Shown here piece after piece: positions 12,371-25,060 of a stretch of 64,000 bases of DNA. This DNA comes from Octopus vulgaris. Taxonomy: Eukaryota. The notes under the pieces are model-generated. The model did no database searches and was not told the DNA's origin. It worked only from the letters and a program-made list of their open reading frames with translations. Made by a program: the position numbers and the translations under genes. Numbering within the stretch: position 1 is the stretch's first letter; every line of letters begins with the position of its first letter. The DNA lies in contig OX597820.1 of the NCBI GenBank assembly GCA_951406725.2, positions 102,362,001-102,426,000 on the forward strand. The letters run 5' to 3'.

Positions 12371-13656
12371 CTGGAGAATATTTACGGATATGGAGAAGCT
12401 GATATATATTAAATAATAGCCAATATTCGGTAATTTTTTTTCCTGGCACTGAAGGTTGTAATGTGACCTTCCTTAAGATATTTTAAGATATTTTTTTCTA
12501 TTGCCTCGTCAACCTAAGTAGGTATTACAAGGGAGTATAATGGCAATGCTATAAAAGTAATGACACTTTTATTAGCTTGCTGCACTGAGTCAAACTCTTC
12601 CCTTAGCTATAAGAGGAAGAGGTGCTGAGTTGCACAGCCTTTAGAAAATAGGTGAGCGTCTGGAACTGTAGCAATAGCTATGATACCTAAGACATAGTCA
12701 CAAGGATTAGAAAAGCGTTAGTATATTCTGTTTCTAAATTTGCTAACATAAGAGGTGAATTGGAAAGGATAGACTAGGAATTAAACTGTTAATGTAGACT
12801 AAGCACTGCTGGGGCTTAAAAACTACATTCCCCTTATAGTGCTCAGATGTAGAGACAACTATACTGTAATGAATCAATAAATAAGCTTTTACCCTGTCAC
12901 TCAACTTGCTAGAAATAGCATGTTAAACATCCTCAAATTACACTCCATCTTAAAAAGAAATTGGAAAGGATAGACTTTAGATAATGTAATCCTAGATGTC
13001 TCCAAATGGAATGGATAGTCATTGACAGATTGTCTTTGATCAAAGTCTATTTCATCAGGGTTGTCCTGGAGTTAAACAACAGCAAAAACTATATTGTGTG
13101 AATAAGATGCAATATATCGTATTGAACAATCTGATGGAATGAGATTAAGAAATATTATATTCTGAATTAATATTCTAATGGAGATGTTCTGCAATATAAA
13201 TCATAAAATAAAAGCAAAATCCTTTCACATGGAGTGAAAAATAAGAACAATACATTATAGAAAATGGCATCTATTACACTTGGTTCTATATCACTAGACA
13301 TACTGCCAGTCTGAATGCTGTGTTGCAAACATTTAACTAAGACCATAATTCCAATTATTCTTTGTTTATTGAGTATATAGTGGTATATGAAAGGAAGCAT
13401 ATTGATATCTGCTGATATCTACTTTCAAAAGTATTTTGTATTTTGTTGATGTCATAAGTATTTATGAACTTTCAAGAGAATGCGAAATAATTCCTTTTTG
13501 AAACTGGATCTTGAAGTAAATATAAAGCTATAAAGAATAGTTTGAAAATATTGCACTGAAAATCTCATTTGCATGGAAAAGTCACTTGGGCAGCCTTCGA
13601 CTTTTTTTTATCCAAAAGTGTTTTTCAATTCAATCTTTATATATTACTGTTTTTAG

Positions 13657-14840
13657 ATTGGTGGTCAATGAGGAAACTAGGGATAGATGAATGGCTGGTG
13701 AGGACTGTGCAAGCCATGTACAGAGATGCCGTAAGTAAGGTTAGGGTTAGCAACATGTACACAGAAGAATTCAAAGTAGAGGTTGGGGTCCACCAGGGTT
13801 CAGTACTCAGCCCCCTCCTATTTATCATAGTCCTACAGGCAATTACGGAGGAATTCAAGACAGGTTGTCCCTGGGAGCTCCTCTACGCTGACGACCTTGC
13901 TCTTATTGCTGAGTCACTATCAGAGCTGGAGGAGAAGTTCCAGGTGTGGAAGGAGGGTTTAGAATCGAGGGGCCTTAGAGTCAACCTAGCTAAAACCAAA
14001 GTACTAATAAGTAGGAAGGTAGACAATCCACAAATGTCTTCAGGAAGATGGCCCTGCTCGATCTGTAGAAAAGGTGTAGGTAGAAACTCTATAAGATGTA
14101 CCCAGTGTAAGCTATGGACACATAGGAGGTGCAGCAATGTCAAAGGTAGGCTAACTGGGAAGATAGTTTTTGTATGTGGCAGATGCTCAGGAGCATTAAC
14201 CTCCGAAAATCTGCAGAAAATAACTTCAGTCACTTTCCAAGGGGAAAAACTAGAAGTAGTTGATAGCTTCCGTTATCTAGGTGACCAAGTCAGTAGTGGG
14301 GGTGGGTGCGCTGAAAGTGTAACTGCTAGAATAAGAATAGCCTGGGCAAAGTTTAGGGAGCTCTTATCTCTGCTGGTGACTAAAGGCCTCTCGCTCAGAG
14401 TAAAAGGCAGACTGTATGATGTGTGTGTACGAACAGCCATGCTACATGGCAGTGAAACATGGGCCGTGACTGCCGAGGACATGCGTAAGCTCGTGAGGAA
14501 TGAAGCCAGTATGCTCCGATGGATGTGTAATGTCAGTGTACATACTCAACAGAGCGTTAGCACCTTGAGAGAAATGTTGTACCTAAGAGGCATCAGTTGT
14601 GGTGTGCAAGAGAGACGATTGCGCTGGTATGGTCATGTGGCGAGAATGGATGAAGATAGGTGTGTGAGAAAGTGCCAATCCTTAGCAGTTGAGGGAACCC
14701 ATGGAAGAGGTAGACCCAGGAAAACCTGGGACGAGGTGGTGAAGCACGACCTTCGAACTTTAGGCCTCACTGAGGAAATGACCAGCGACCGAGACCTTTG
14801 GAAATATTCTGTACGTGAGAAGACCAGGCAGGACAAGTGA
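13657..14840 (+). pseudogene. Reverse transcriptase C-terminal part of an RTE LINE, with a PHD-like Cys/His finger insert; frame intact but 5'-truncated
   Basis: GVHQGSVLSPLLF, LLYADDL, NLAKTK, CSIC...CTQC..WTH..C...CGRC, FRYLG, LHGSETW, RRLRWYGHV, GRGRPRKTW; the first ~29 aa of the listed ORF are flank read-through. Confidence 0.92.
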
Positions 14841-14921
14841 GCCCAGCCCACTTATGAATGCCTTTCCTCCCTTGGACACAAAGACCTGTTGAGGCAAGCG
14901 AAGTCGATATAGAACCTCATC

Positions 14922-15505
14922 CGACGACAGGCACCCATGCCAACCCCCTTTGCTTGCGAAGACATGTTGGGGCAAGCGAAATCGAAATCGAAGTCAAAAT
15001 CGAATTGAACCAGCCAGGATCCCTGGTCTGGTGGTACGTAAAAAGCACTATCCGACTTGTGGCCGATGCCAGCGCCGCCTCCACTGGCTTCTGTGCCGGT
15101 GGCACGTAAAATACACCAATCTGACCGTACGACAGGCACCCATGCCAACCCCCTTGCTTGCGAAGACATGTTGGGGCAAGCGAAATCGAATTGAACCAGC
15201 CAGGTTCCCTGGTCTGGTGGTACGTAAAAAGCACTATCCGACTCGTGGCCGATGCCAGCGCCGCCTCCACTGGCTTCCGTGCCGGTGGCACATAAAATAC
15301 ACCAATCTGACCGTACAACAGGCACCCATGCCAACCCCCTTGCTTGCGAAGACATGTTGGGGCAAGCGAAATCGAAATCGAATTGAACCAGCCAGGATCC
15401 CTGGTCTGGTGGTACGTAAAAAGCACCATCCGACTCGTGGCCGATGCCAGCACCGCCTCGTCTGGCTTCCGTGCCGGTGGCACATAAAATACACCAATCC
15501 GACCG
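14922..15505 (+). repeat. Three tandem ~190-205-bp units in the RTE 3' UTR
   Basis: acaggcacccatgccaacccc recurs at about 14927, 15133 and 15318. Confidence 0.93.
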
Positions 15506-15765
15506 TGGCCGTTGCCAGCCTCGCCTGGCACCTGTGCAGGTGGCACGTAAAAAGCACCCACTACACTCACGGAGTGGTTGGCGTTAGGAAGGGCATCCAG
15601 CTGTAGAAACACTGCCAGATAAGACTGGAGCCTGGTGCAGCCTTCTGGCTTCCCAGATCCCCGGTCGAACCGTCCAACCCATGCTAGCATGGAGAACGGA
15701 CGTTAAACGATGATGATGATGATGATGAACACTGGTTGATTTATAAATACAACCAGTGGTTGATG

Positions 15766-15945
15766 CACTCACGGAGTGGTTGGTACACTCATGGAGTGGT
15801 TGGCGTTAGGAAGGGCATCCAGCCGTAGAAACATTGCCAGATCAGACTGGGCCTGGTGCAGCCTTCTGGCTTCCCAGACCCCAGTTGAACCGTCCAACCC
15901 ATGCTGGCATGGAAAGTGGATGCTAAATGATGATGATAATGATGA
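15766..15945 (+). mobile_element. Second copy of the RTE 3' terminus with (GAT)n tail
   Basis: cactcacggagtggttgg...ggaagggcatccagc...ccaacccatgc repeats 15565-15727. Confidence 0.88.
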
Positions 15946-16114
15946 AATAGTAATATGAAAATTCAGTCTCCCAAAAGAATTATTTTGTATTTAGTTTGAG
16001 AAGGTTCTATGGCAGTTTTACACAGAAGAAGATGCTGAAAATATAGAAATTTATTCAAAGGGTCCTTTTAGGTAACTGGTACTTAATTTTATTATAACTG
16101 ATCTTGAAAAAGCA

Positions 16115-16838
16115 TTGAGCTGGCAGAATTGTTAGCACACTGGCCAAGATGCTTAGCAGCATTTTGTTCATCTTTATGCCCTGAGATCAAGTTCTGCTGA
16201 GGTTAACTTTGCCTTTCATCCTTTTGGGGTCAGTAAATTAAATACCAATTGAATACTGGGGTCAATGTAATCAACTAGTCCCTACCCCTTAACTTGCTGG
16301 CCTTATTACTGATCTTGGAAGGTAGCAAACTGGCAGGATTGTTAGAGTAACAGAAAAAATCTTTGCTGCATTTGTTCTGGCTCTTTACTCTCTGAGTTCA
16401 AATCCAGTTAAGGTTAGCTTTACCTTTCAGCTCTCTGGGATTGATAAAATAAAGTAGCAGTCAAGACCATGAGTGTTGATATTAACCATTTCCTTTCTCC
16501 TCAAAACTCCACAAAACCATTATTGCCAATCTCAGAATAGTAAATAAGAAAATAAACCATTTGACAACAAGAATTCAGAACAGGCAAGTGTCAGACCAGA
16601 TGTTGTAAAGAATACATTTATATTGGTTTCAAATTTTAGCACAAGGCCAGCAATTCTGGGGGAGTTGGTAAGTTGATTACATCAACCTCAATGCTCAACT
16701 GGTACTTATTTTATCGACCCAGAGAGGATGAAAAGCAAAGTTGACATTAGAGACATTTGAAATCAGAATGTAAAGACAGACGAAATGCTGCTAAGCATTC
16801 TGCCCAGCATGCTAACAGTTCTGCCAGCTAGCTGCCTT
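16115..16838. mobile_element. Cluster of three degenerate SINE family B copies (+, +, -)
   Basis: Family B motifs at 16115-16290, 16320-16530 and 16620-16838. Confidence 0.75.
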
Positions 16839-16989
16839 AAAAGAATGCATTTATATTGACACAACAAATTGAACATCAGCAACATTCAGTGAGGATTTCT
16901 ATTTATGTCATGAACCTCTGATTAATTCACACACTATACACATTTGGATATTTCTTTGACCCACTTTAAAACTACAATACATTAGATCT

Positions 16990-17080
16990 CTTAATCTTTA
17001 AATCTATGAACACCAATGTTTGTAAAACTCTAAATCTTTAAATCTATGAACATTAAGGTTTGTAAAAACTCTAAGTCTAT
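16990..17080. repeat. ~40-bp tandem duplication
   Basis: aatctttaaatctatgaaca...gtttgtaaaactctaa occurs twice. Confidence 0.85.
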
Positions 17081-17950
17081 CAACCTCTTGATCAGAGTCC
17101 TTTAGATCTATGAATCTCTAGATCTGAGTATTTTTAGATTAGAAAATCTTAATATTTCTGAAAGCAAAATATTAAGAAAATAAGAATAATAAAAATAGAT
17201 ATGTTACTACATTTCTTAACAGAGTAGGATATTCAGTTATTCCAGTCATGGAAGCAGAATGTTCTATAGTTCTACTTTTTGAGCTATGGTAAAAGAATGT
17301 TTGCCATCCCAGATTTGTGTTTCAATGTCTGCAACATTTTGATTTAGGAAAAAAGGGAATAAGAAAGCCACAGTTAACACAAAGATGCATTATGGGAATA
17401 TAATATATTATGCTCTTTCCCATTATTCATTTGTGACATAACTGATGGGACTTCAATATGGCTTCAGTTTAGAATGTAGTAAGCAGGCAGAATTGTTAAC
17501 ATACTGGACAAAATGCTTAGCATCATTTCTTCCAGTTGTCTTTCATTTGTTCGGGGTTCATGAAATAAATGCCAGTTGAGCACTGGGATTGATGTTTTTA
17601 ACTAAATCTGCTCACATAAAATTTCAGGCCTTATGCCTAAAAAAAATGAAAAAAAAAAAAAATGAAGTTTCAGTTTAGAATCAAAACTTTGGTTAGATGG
17701 GAGAATAATAACAGTAATGAAAGAGAAAAGTGCTGCACAAACAAACAAACAAGCAAACTAACAAGCAAACAAACCAACCAAAAAAAACCCAAATGAACAC
17801 ACACACATACATAAAACAAAACATACATACATACATACATACATACATACATACATACATACATACATACATACATACATACATACATACATACACACAT
17901 ACACATGTACATACAAGGATTAATCCAGTAATTATATTTTTATTACTAAC

Positions 17951-17996
17951 CATCCCTGCATAGAACTTTTTAAAGCAGTAAATGGTTTTCTTGAAT
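17951..17996 (-). CDS. Candidate 46-nt exon, unidentified gene
   Basis: Acceptor gtcctgtcatAG, donor GTTAGT; open in the phase left by exon 22522-22627 (DSRKPFTALKSSMQG). Confidence 0.2.
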
Positions 17997-18557
17997 CTAT
18001 GACAGGACATTACTAAAATCATCAGTCTACACAAATTGCAATTTATGAACGCCAACCTCAAACAGCAGGACCATTATAAAAAGGATATGGTCACAGCTTG
18101 AACATTGATGGACATGATGGCGTTCAGTTTGAATAAACATAGCTAACATCGTATAGTCTGGGTGAGTGAACATGAGAGGTTATCCTAGGTTATTGATTGG
18201 CTAATTCTGTGTCAGATTTTTATAAAGCCAAGCTGACCAATGCTTCAGAAAGAAAAAATAATGATAGATTAGATACATAAATGACAACAACAGAAACAAG
18301 AGTAGCAGTTTAATTGACATTAGATTGCTCAATTATAGTAAAAATAGAGGTTGTTGCCATTACCATTCAATGAACTGATGTCTGTATTAATAAAATATCA
18401 GACAAGTAATTGAGAGATCAGCAGTTTAAATCATATCCAGTGATATATTTAATCCCTGTTCATAATATGTAACTCTCAGCAGTCAAGTTCTAGCTCTAAG
18501 CAGACAGTGCAGCTATAGCTCACTATTGTCATAAGAAACAGCTCTGTACAATGGATA

Positions 18558-18790
18558 AGTGAGCTAGCTGGCAGAAACGTTAGCACGCCGGGCGAAATGC
18601 GTAGCCGTATTTCGTCTGCCTTTACGTTCTGAGTTCAAATTCCGCCGAGGTCGACTTTGCCTTTCATCCTTTCGGGGTCGATAAATTAAGTACCAGTTAC
18701 GCACTGGGGTCGATGTAATCGACTTAATCTGTTTGTCTGTCTTTGTTTGTCTTCTCTGTGTTTAGCCCCTTGTGGGTAGTAAAGAAATAG
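18558..18790 (+). mobile_element. SINE family B, young reference-like copy
   Basis: agctggcagaaacgttagcacgccgggcg...gagttcaaattccgccgaggtcgac...gtaaagaaatag. Confidence 0.92.
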
Positions 18791-19267
18791 CTTCCTGATA
18801 GTGACTGAAAAGGTTACTTTGAATAGTCTCCTATTCAAAATGGTATTTACTTGTCATCTACTCCTTAGAGCTAGCTGATCTTGAACCATCTCCAATAAAA
18901 TTCTTTTGGCTCACTAATCTATCCTCTTCTCATCACCTATAACATATCAATCTCTAACTAACCACAGTTAGCAGACTTTCCATTTCAGAATATCAGCCCT
19001 CAGAAATACTCGAAAAACCTTCCTGTTTTTTTTTTTGGGGGGGGGGGGGTTGCATTCAACATGCAACTATTCAAAAAAGTCTTCAACGACATCAGTCTCA
19101 GCTGTGTTGGTGATGATGAGAGCTATGAAGGCAATGCCCCATAGCTTCATCTTCCATACTGAGCCAAAAACAGAAAGGAAAACATAACTAAGCACTGGAT
19201 TCTAAAATGTTTGTAATTCAAGGATGGATTAATATCTTTCTCAATTATTATTATAAAAATGCACATA

Positions 19268-19675
19268 GGTGCAGGAGTGGCTGTGTGGTAAATAGCTTGT
19301 TTACCAACCACATGGTTCCGGGTTCAGTCCCACTGCGTGGCACCTTGGGCAAGTGTCTTCTACTATAGCCTCGGGCCGACCAAAGCCTTGTGAGTGGATT
19401 TGGTAGACGGAAACTGAAAGAAGCCCGTCGTATATATGTATATATAATATATGTGTGTGCGTGTATGTTTGTGTGTCTGTTTGTCCCCCTAGCATTGCTT
19501 GACAACCGATGCTGGTGTGTTTATGTCCCCGTCACTAGGCGGTTCGGCAAAAGAGACCGATAGAATAAGTACTGGGCTTACAAAGAATAAGTCCCAGGAT
19601 CGAGTTGCTTGATTAAAGGTGGTGCTACAGCATGGCCGCAGTCAAATGACTGAAACAAGTAAAAGAGAAAGAGAA
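19268..19675 (+). mobile_element. SINE family A, full length
   Basis: Near-identical to 7461-7866. Confidence 0.92.
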
Positions 19676-20009
19676 TATGATTATCATGATTTCACTAAGT
19701 AGTAGTTAGAGGCCAGAGCTTAGTTTGATCTCCAAGAAGTCATCTAATAGATGAATGGTGGATAAATTATTTATGAACTGGACATGGTACTTAATACTGC
19801 CTAAATCCAGAAGCTTGATAGAATACTGAGGGTAGCATTATGTATATCACCTATATTGATAAAATCTTTTAGTGATTTTGAACTCAAACCAGTGAATTCA
19901 TAATCAAGTGACAGAATGTGTGAGAAAAATGTTGAAGGAGGAAAGTTAGGAAGGAAGTGTTTTAGATAGACATTTTTGTAATTTAATTTTAGAGAAGAGA
20001 TGGCATAAT

Positions 20010-20225
20010 ATTAGTTTCAAATTTTGGCACAAGGCCAGCAACTTTGGGGGAGAAGTAAGTTGATTACATTGATCCCAGAATTCAACTGGTACTTATTTAT
20101 CAATCTCCAAAAGAATGAAAGGTAGAGTGAACTTTGGCAGAATTTGAACTCAGAATGTAAAGATGGATGAAATGCTACTAAGCATTTTGCCTGCTATGTT
20201 AATGGTTCTGCCAGCTCACTGCCTT
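20010..20225 (-). mobile_element. SINE family B, degenerate
   Basis: Family B motifs in reverse complement. Confidence 0.8.
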
Positions 20226-21074
20226 GATACAACAATATCTATTAGTGTTGTTATGCTGACTTCTGACATCCAGTGATGGAAACTAACGTGGCAAAAGACA
20301 TCCTAAAGAAATTTTTATTTGGTCAATTGATCTGCTAGAAATAATATTCAAATAACCTTCAAAAAACAATCTATTGTTCTCAGACATAGTTATACTATGC
20401 CTAGAAAATGATGGGATAGTCAGGAGTGAAATGCCTTTTGATCAAACATCTGCTGAATCAGAGTTAACCTGGGATAAATTATTAATTTTGCCAGCATGGA
20501 AAAATTGGGGTAAAAAAAAAAAGAAACATAAAAAAGCAAAATCCATATCAATGATCTTAATTGATGGTGATTATGATGATAAAAAGACTGATAAAAATCA
20601 ACAATGATGATCATGTTAACGAAGATGATAATAATGGTGGCTGTAGTTCTATAGCTTCAGGTAGTTTCTCATCAGAGAAACCTATCTAATACAGCATGAT
20701 GGCTGGTTGATAAGGCACAGTTGATACATTAGAGATGCCATGTGTTTGTCTAGTTGAAGACCATACCTCACACTCCTACATATAATACTGAGAACAGTGT
20801 AACAGTTTTCTTGGCCTGTTTCACTCTCTCCTCAATTGTCCAGTCTATTTCTGTATTACTTTAGATTCCAGAATGGCAGCAAAATTATAAGTAGGTAAGG
20901 TAGACTTGTCAAGTGAGTGACACAGTGTATAGAAATGAGGTAGAAGTGTAAGTGCCACAAGACCAACGGACTCTAAGGAGTATATAAGAAATGAATCTCT
21001 TTTAAGACAAGACACTGGTTTATTGCAGGTAGCACACTCGATACACAATGCATAGATATGTACAAACCACCCCC

Positions 21075-21320
21075 ACAAAGTGTAAGGGGTTTTCATACGT
21101 GATAGTAATAGCTTTGACAATCTCCTCTGGAAAATCATAATTCAACAAGATATCTATCATGATTCTTCTGCTGATAATGCCAAATATCTTGGAGAAATCC
21201 ATTAATACAAATAATGCAATTTTGCTAGGAAATTCTGAGTTCTGTGATTCTTCTAAACAGTGAAAGAAGTTTTCAAGATAATAAGTGATTTTCTTGAATC
21301 CTTGACAGGTCATCATTATA
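21075..21320 (-). pseudogene. Ancient LINE reverse transcriptase fragment
   Basis: LFVLMDFSKIFGIISRRIMIDILLNYDFPEEIVKAI resembles the RT motif F.DFSKAFDSI.R..M..IL..YGIP. Confidence 0.65.
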
Positions 21321-21514
21321 CAGATCTCAGTTTATGCAAATTCCATTTTATGAATACCATATTGACTTTATATTTGGGATAATATGTTGTTATATCCTGT
21401 AATATCCTGGTCAGAAATAGCTTATTCCCCATTTTTGTGTTTAATACCATTGAGCACAATCTAGCATAATCCTTAAGGTTAATTAAGCTTTATTGGCAGC
21501 AGTTAATACCAAGT

Positions 21515-22085
21515 ATCATCATCATCATCATTTAGCGTCCATTTTCCATGCTAGCATGGTTTGGACGATTTGACTGAGGACTGGTGAACCAGATGGCTGC
21601 ACCAGGCTCCAATCTGGTCTGGCAGAGTTTCTACAGCTGGATGCCCTTCCTAATGCCAACCACTCCGAGAGTGTAGTGGGTGCTTTTATGTGCCGCCGAC
21701 GCAAGGGCCAGTCAGACGGTACTGGCAATGGCCATGCTCAAATGGTGTTTTTTATGTACCACCTGCACAGGAGTCAGTACAGTGGCACTGGCAACGACTT
21801 TAAATGTTTTGTTCACGTGCCACAGGCACAAGTGTTAGTAAGGTGATGCAGGTAATGATCACGCTCAAATGGTGCTTTTTACATGCCACCGGCACAGAAG
21901 CCAGACAGCTGCTCTAGCAGTGATCCCGCTTGGAAGGAGCTGTTAGCACTCCACTGGCATGGGTGCCACTCATTGAATTTGGTTCAATTTTGATTTCACT
22001 TGCCCCAACAGGTCTTCACAAGCAGAGTTTAGTGTCCATTGAAGGAAGGTTGACATGGGGGCCAGTCGTCGAATTTGGTTCAATT
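21515..22085 (-). mobile_element. RTE LINE 3' UTR fragment
   Basis: (atc)n tail, then reverse complement of 15500-15720 and the ggtggcacgtaaaa sub-repeats. Confidence 0.85.
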
Positions 22086-22521
22086 TGTATAAATGTTTTA
22101 TTTTAACATCTGTATGAATTGAATTTGAGAGATAGCATTTTAAAGATGTTGCTGTTGTTGTTGTAGTGTTCTGCTGTGTTGTGTATGTCTGGATATTGGG
22201 GGGTGGGTGGTTGAAGGTAATTGTACACAGAGTTGCAAGGGTCTGTGAGGGCTGGAGTTTCCTGCCATAACAAGTAGGTATTTCATTCTTGATGTATTTG
22301 CTTTGGTTGTGGGTGTCTGTGAACTTCCTGCATTGATTTGTAGTGAGCTAAGGGTGATAATGGTGATAGCGATGATGATGATAATGATGAAGGTAACAAT
22401 GGTGACAGTGATGATGATGATGATGATGATTACAAAGATAGTGACATTCACATTAAGGGTGATGATGATGGCAGCCACAACCATGACAATGAGAAGGGAA
22501 CTGCGCCCACTTCTCTCTCAC

Positions 22522-22627
22522 CCAGGTTCCTGCTCTCAAGTTTTAGCATTATTCGCAAGAAAAAAGCCTGGTTGTTGACATTTCTGAAAACCATTGTAAC
22601 AAAGGAGAATTTATCAACTGTTTTAAT
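22522..22627 (-). CDS. Candidate 106-nt exon, unidentified gene
   Basis: Acceptor ttttcagtttctttcAG, donor G|GTGAGA; the only open frame is phase 0 (IKTVDKFSFVTMVFRNVNNQAFFLRIMLKLESRNL), matching the upstream MANE exon. Confidence 0.35.
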
Positions 22628-22814
22628 CTGAAAGAAACTGAAAATTCTGGCATTAATTGGTTTAACACAACCAATTATTAAAACAGGTTACTGATTTCAA
22701 TGCTAAAAAATATTTTTTTATAAAAAAAAAATTGAAAAGCAAGAATCAGAAAGAAGGTTGATGATGATGATGAGGAAGAGGAAATAATCATAATAATTAT
22801 TTCTGATTTTAAGG

Positions 22815-23020
22815 TATTGAGCTAGCAGAATTGCTAGCATGCAGGGCAAAATATTTAGCAGTATTTCATCCATCTGTGCATTCTGAGTTCAAATTCCATT
22901 GAGGTCCACTTTGCCTTTCATTCTTTCAGGGTCGATAAAATAAGTGATAATTGAACATTGGGGTCATTGTAATCGATCTGTCTCTGCCCCGAAATTGCTG
23001 CCAAAATTTGAAACTGATTA
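22815..23020 (+). mobile_element. SINE family B
   Basis: Family B head, core and tail. Confidence 0.8.
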
Positions 23021-23244
23021 TTATTTCTGATTTTGGTATGAGACGAGTAATTTCTAAGGGAGAGAGAGAAGGGTGATTAGTCAATAACATCAACCCTTGT
23101 ATTTGAGTGGTACTTTGAAAAGATGAATGTAAAATTTGACCTCTAAAAGATTTGTACTCAGGACATAAAGATTTAGAACAAATACTATAAGGAATTTTCT
23201 TTGATGCTCTAACAGTTTTGCTAGATTGCCACCCTCTATAACAA

Positions 23245-23570
23245 GATCCCCTTTGGTCATGAATGACCATGGGATTGCACCTAGAAAGTTACCCTCTGAG
23301 GCATAAATCTGGGCAAAGTTGCTTATGGAAGACCAGCAGTCACCCATGCATACAAGCCTCCTCTTTCCATGCCACTGATGTTATCCAAGGGAAAGGCATC
23401 GGCCGATATAGCTTGGCACCTGTGACATTGCAATTCATTTCTACAACTGAGTGAACTGGAGTAACATGAAATAAAGTGTCTTGTTCAAGAACACAACACG
23501 CCTGGTCTGGGAATCAAACTCACTACCTCATGATTGTGAGCCTGACACTCTAACCACTGAGTCATGCCAC
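23245..23570 (-). mobile_element. CORE-SINE family D
   Basis: Reverse complement of 49917-50235, CpG-decayed. Confidence 0.88.
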
Positions 23571-23994
23571 TTCTCTCTAACAACAACAACAACAGCAACA
23601 ATGTTAATGGTTCTAATTTAAGCAGAAAGCCAAAAATTTTTGAGGGAAGGGGCATTAGTTGATACTATCACCCCCAGCTCTTGATTAGTACTCTATTTTA
23701 TTGACCTTGGAAGAAGGAACGACAAAATAAACCATGGTGGTATTTGAACTCAGAATCTAAAGAGTTAGAACAAATATTGATATGCATTTTTTTTTTTCAA
23801 TTTTCTAATGATTCTGCTAGTCTACTACCATTTTTTTTTAGCTGTTGCTCTACTGATTCTGACCTTTAATATCAGACTAAAAGAATAAGAGAATAGTTGA
23901 AAAGACAAATTAAAGTACAAAAATTGAGGTTAGACACAATAACAACGAAAATAATAATAATTTTCAACTCGAAGTAACCACGCCTTGGATTTAC

Positions 23995-24172
23995 CTCATT
24001 GGCCATGGTACTGCCTCTTGACGACAATAAATACACATAATCGAAAAAAGATTAAAAAATAGGAAAAGTAGGAAAAGATGAAGATAGATAATTAAATGTT
24101 AAACACAAATTCAAAGAAAAGAGACATCAAAATCGCAAAAAAGAAAAATAGAACACACGACATGTTTGTTGT
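23995..24172 (-). CDS. Candidate 5' UTR / first coding exon (ATG at 24006, MANE)
   Basis: accATGG context, GAG|GTAAAT donor, ttttgtttaacAG acceptor; lies in a local CpG-retaining patch. Confidence 0.35.
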
Positions 24173-24435
24173 CTGTTAAACAAAAACCAGGATGAGAAAA
24201 TATTTAAAAAGAAAAATCATTATAATAAATGATTACTAAAAAGAAGGAAAATAATTAAGATGTGGTTTTGAATTTTGTGAGATTATCACGATCGTAATCT
24301 CTTGTGATTATTGGTTATTGATGACTGTGAGGAACTGATGAACATCATGAGGAATATGAGATAAAGAGATTGGGAGTATGTGATAGTGAGAAAGACGCAT
24401 ACACAGAGAGGAACATAATATATCTGTATCTGCAT

Positions 24436-24481
<46 letters not shown>

Positions 24482-24626
24482 CATCACCATTTAACGTCCA
24501 TTTTCCACATGCTGGCAAGGGTTAGAAGGATCTGACTAACTTGAGAGTTGTATTGGTTTCCAAAGTCTGCTTTGGCAATGTTTCTGTGGTTCGATGCTAT
24601 GAGCTATATATATATATATATATTAT

Positions 24627-24820
24627 ATCACAATGATAGATCGGTAGCAACTACACACATTTTTTTTCTCTCCTTGTTTCTTTCTGTGTTCCTTTCTGTG
24701 GAAGAGCATAGGCTCGAAATGTTAAAGACTTTTTCAATTCCCAAGTGTTATACTAATACATCTGTTTGTTTTCTACACCACCCGTCTTCGTCTTTTGTTT
24801 TCTTTGTGAATTCTCCCTAT
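24627..24820 (+). mobile_element. TA-flanked Penelope-like pLTR fragment with decayed minimal hammerhead (24692-24727)
   Basis: Same family as 34998-35170 and 54267-54458. Confidence 0.7.
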
Positions 24821-24850
24821 CTATCTATATATATATATATATATATATAT

Positions 24851-25060
24851 AAAGTTAATCTAAACAAGGAAACAAAAACAAAAAAACAACAACGCAAGGA
24901 CGTGGAACAAATAAAGTATTATTGGACGCTCAGAAAAGAAGGGAAGAAGGAGGGTTTGACGTTTCGAGCGGAGCTCTCCGTCGGAAACATAGGAGAAGGA
25001 AAGATCCCGAGAAAGGAAGACAGGGGAAAAAATTCGCTAGTGATACAGACGAGGTCACAT
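24851..25060 (-). mobile_element. TA-flanked Penelope-like pLTR fragment with minimal hammerhead variant (24954-24988)
   Basis: Minus: GTTT-CCGACGG-A-GAGC-TCC-GCTC-GAAA-CG-TC-AAAC; same family as 1436-1645. Confidence 0.7.

Larger units (their letters stand above)
13657..15727 (+). mobile_element. 5'-truncated RTE-clade LINE, young, with tandemly repeated 3' UTR and (GAT)n tail
   Basis: Open RT C-terminal ORF, CpG-rich 3' UTR, ends ggacgttaaacgatgatgat. Confidence 0.92.

Noticed and set aside
14852-15690. Overlapping 167-257-aa ORFs on both strands
   Set aside because: They arise from the GC-rich tandem repeat of the RTE 3' UTR
15994-16070. Possible plus-strand exon FEKVLWQFYTEEDAENIEIYSKGPF
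   Set aside because: Weak splice sites, no partner exons, no recognised homology
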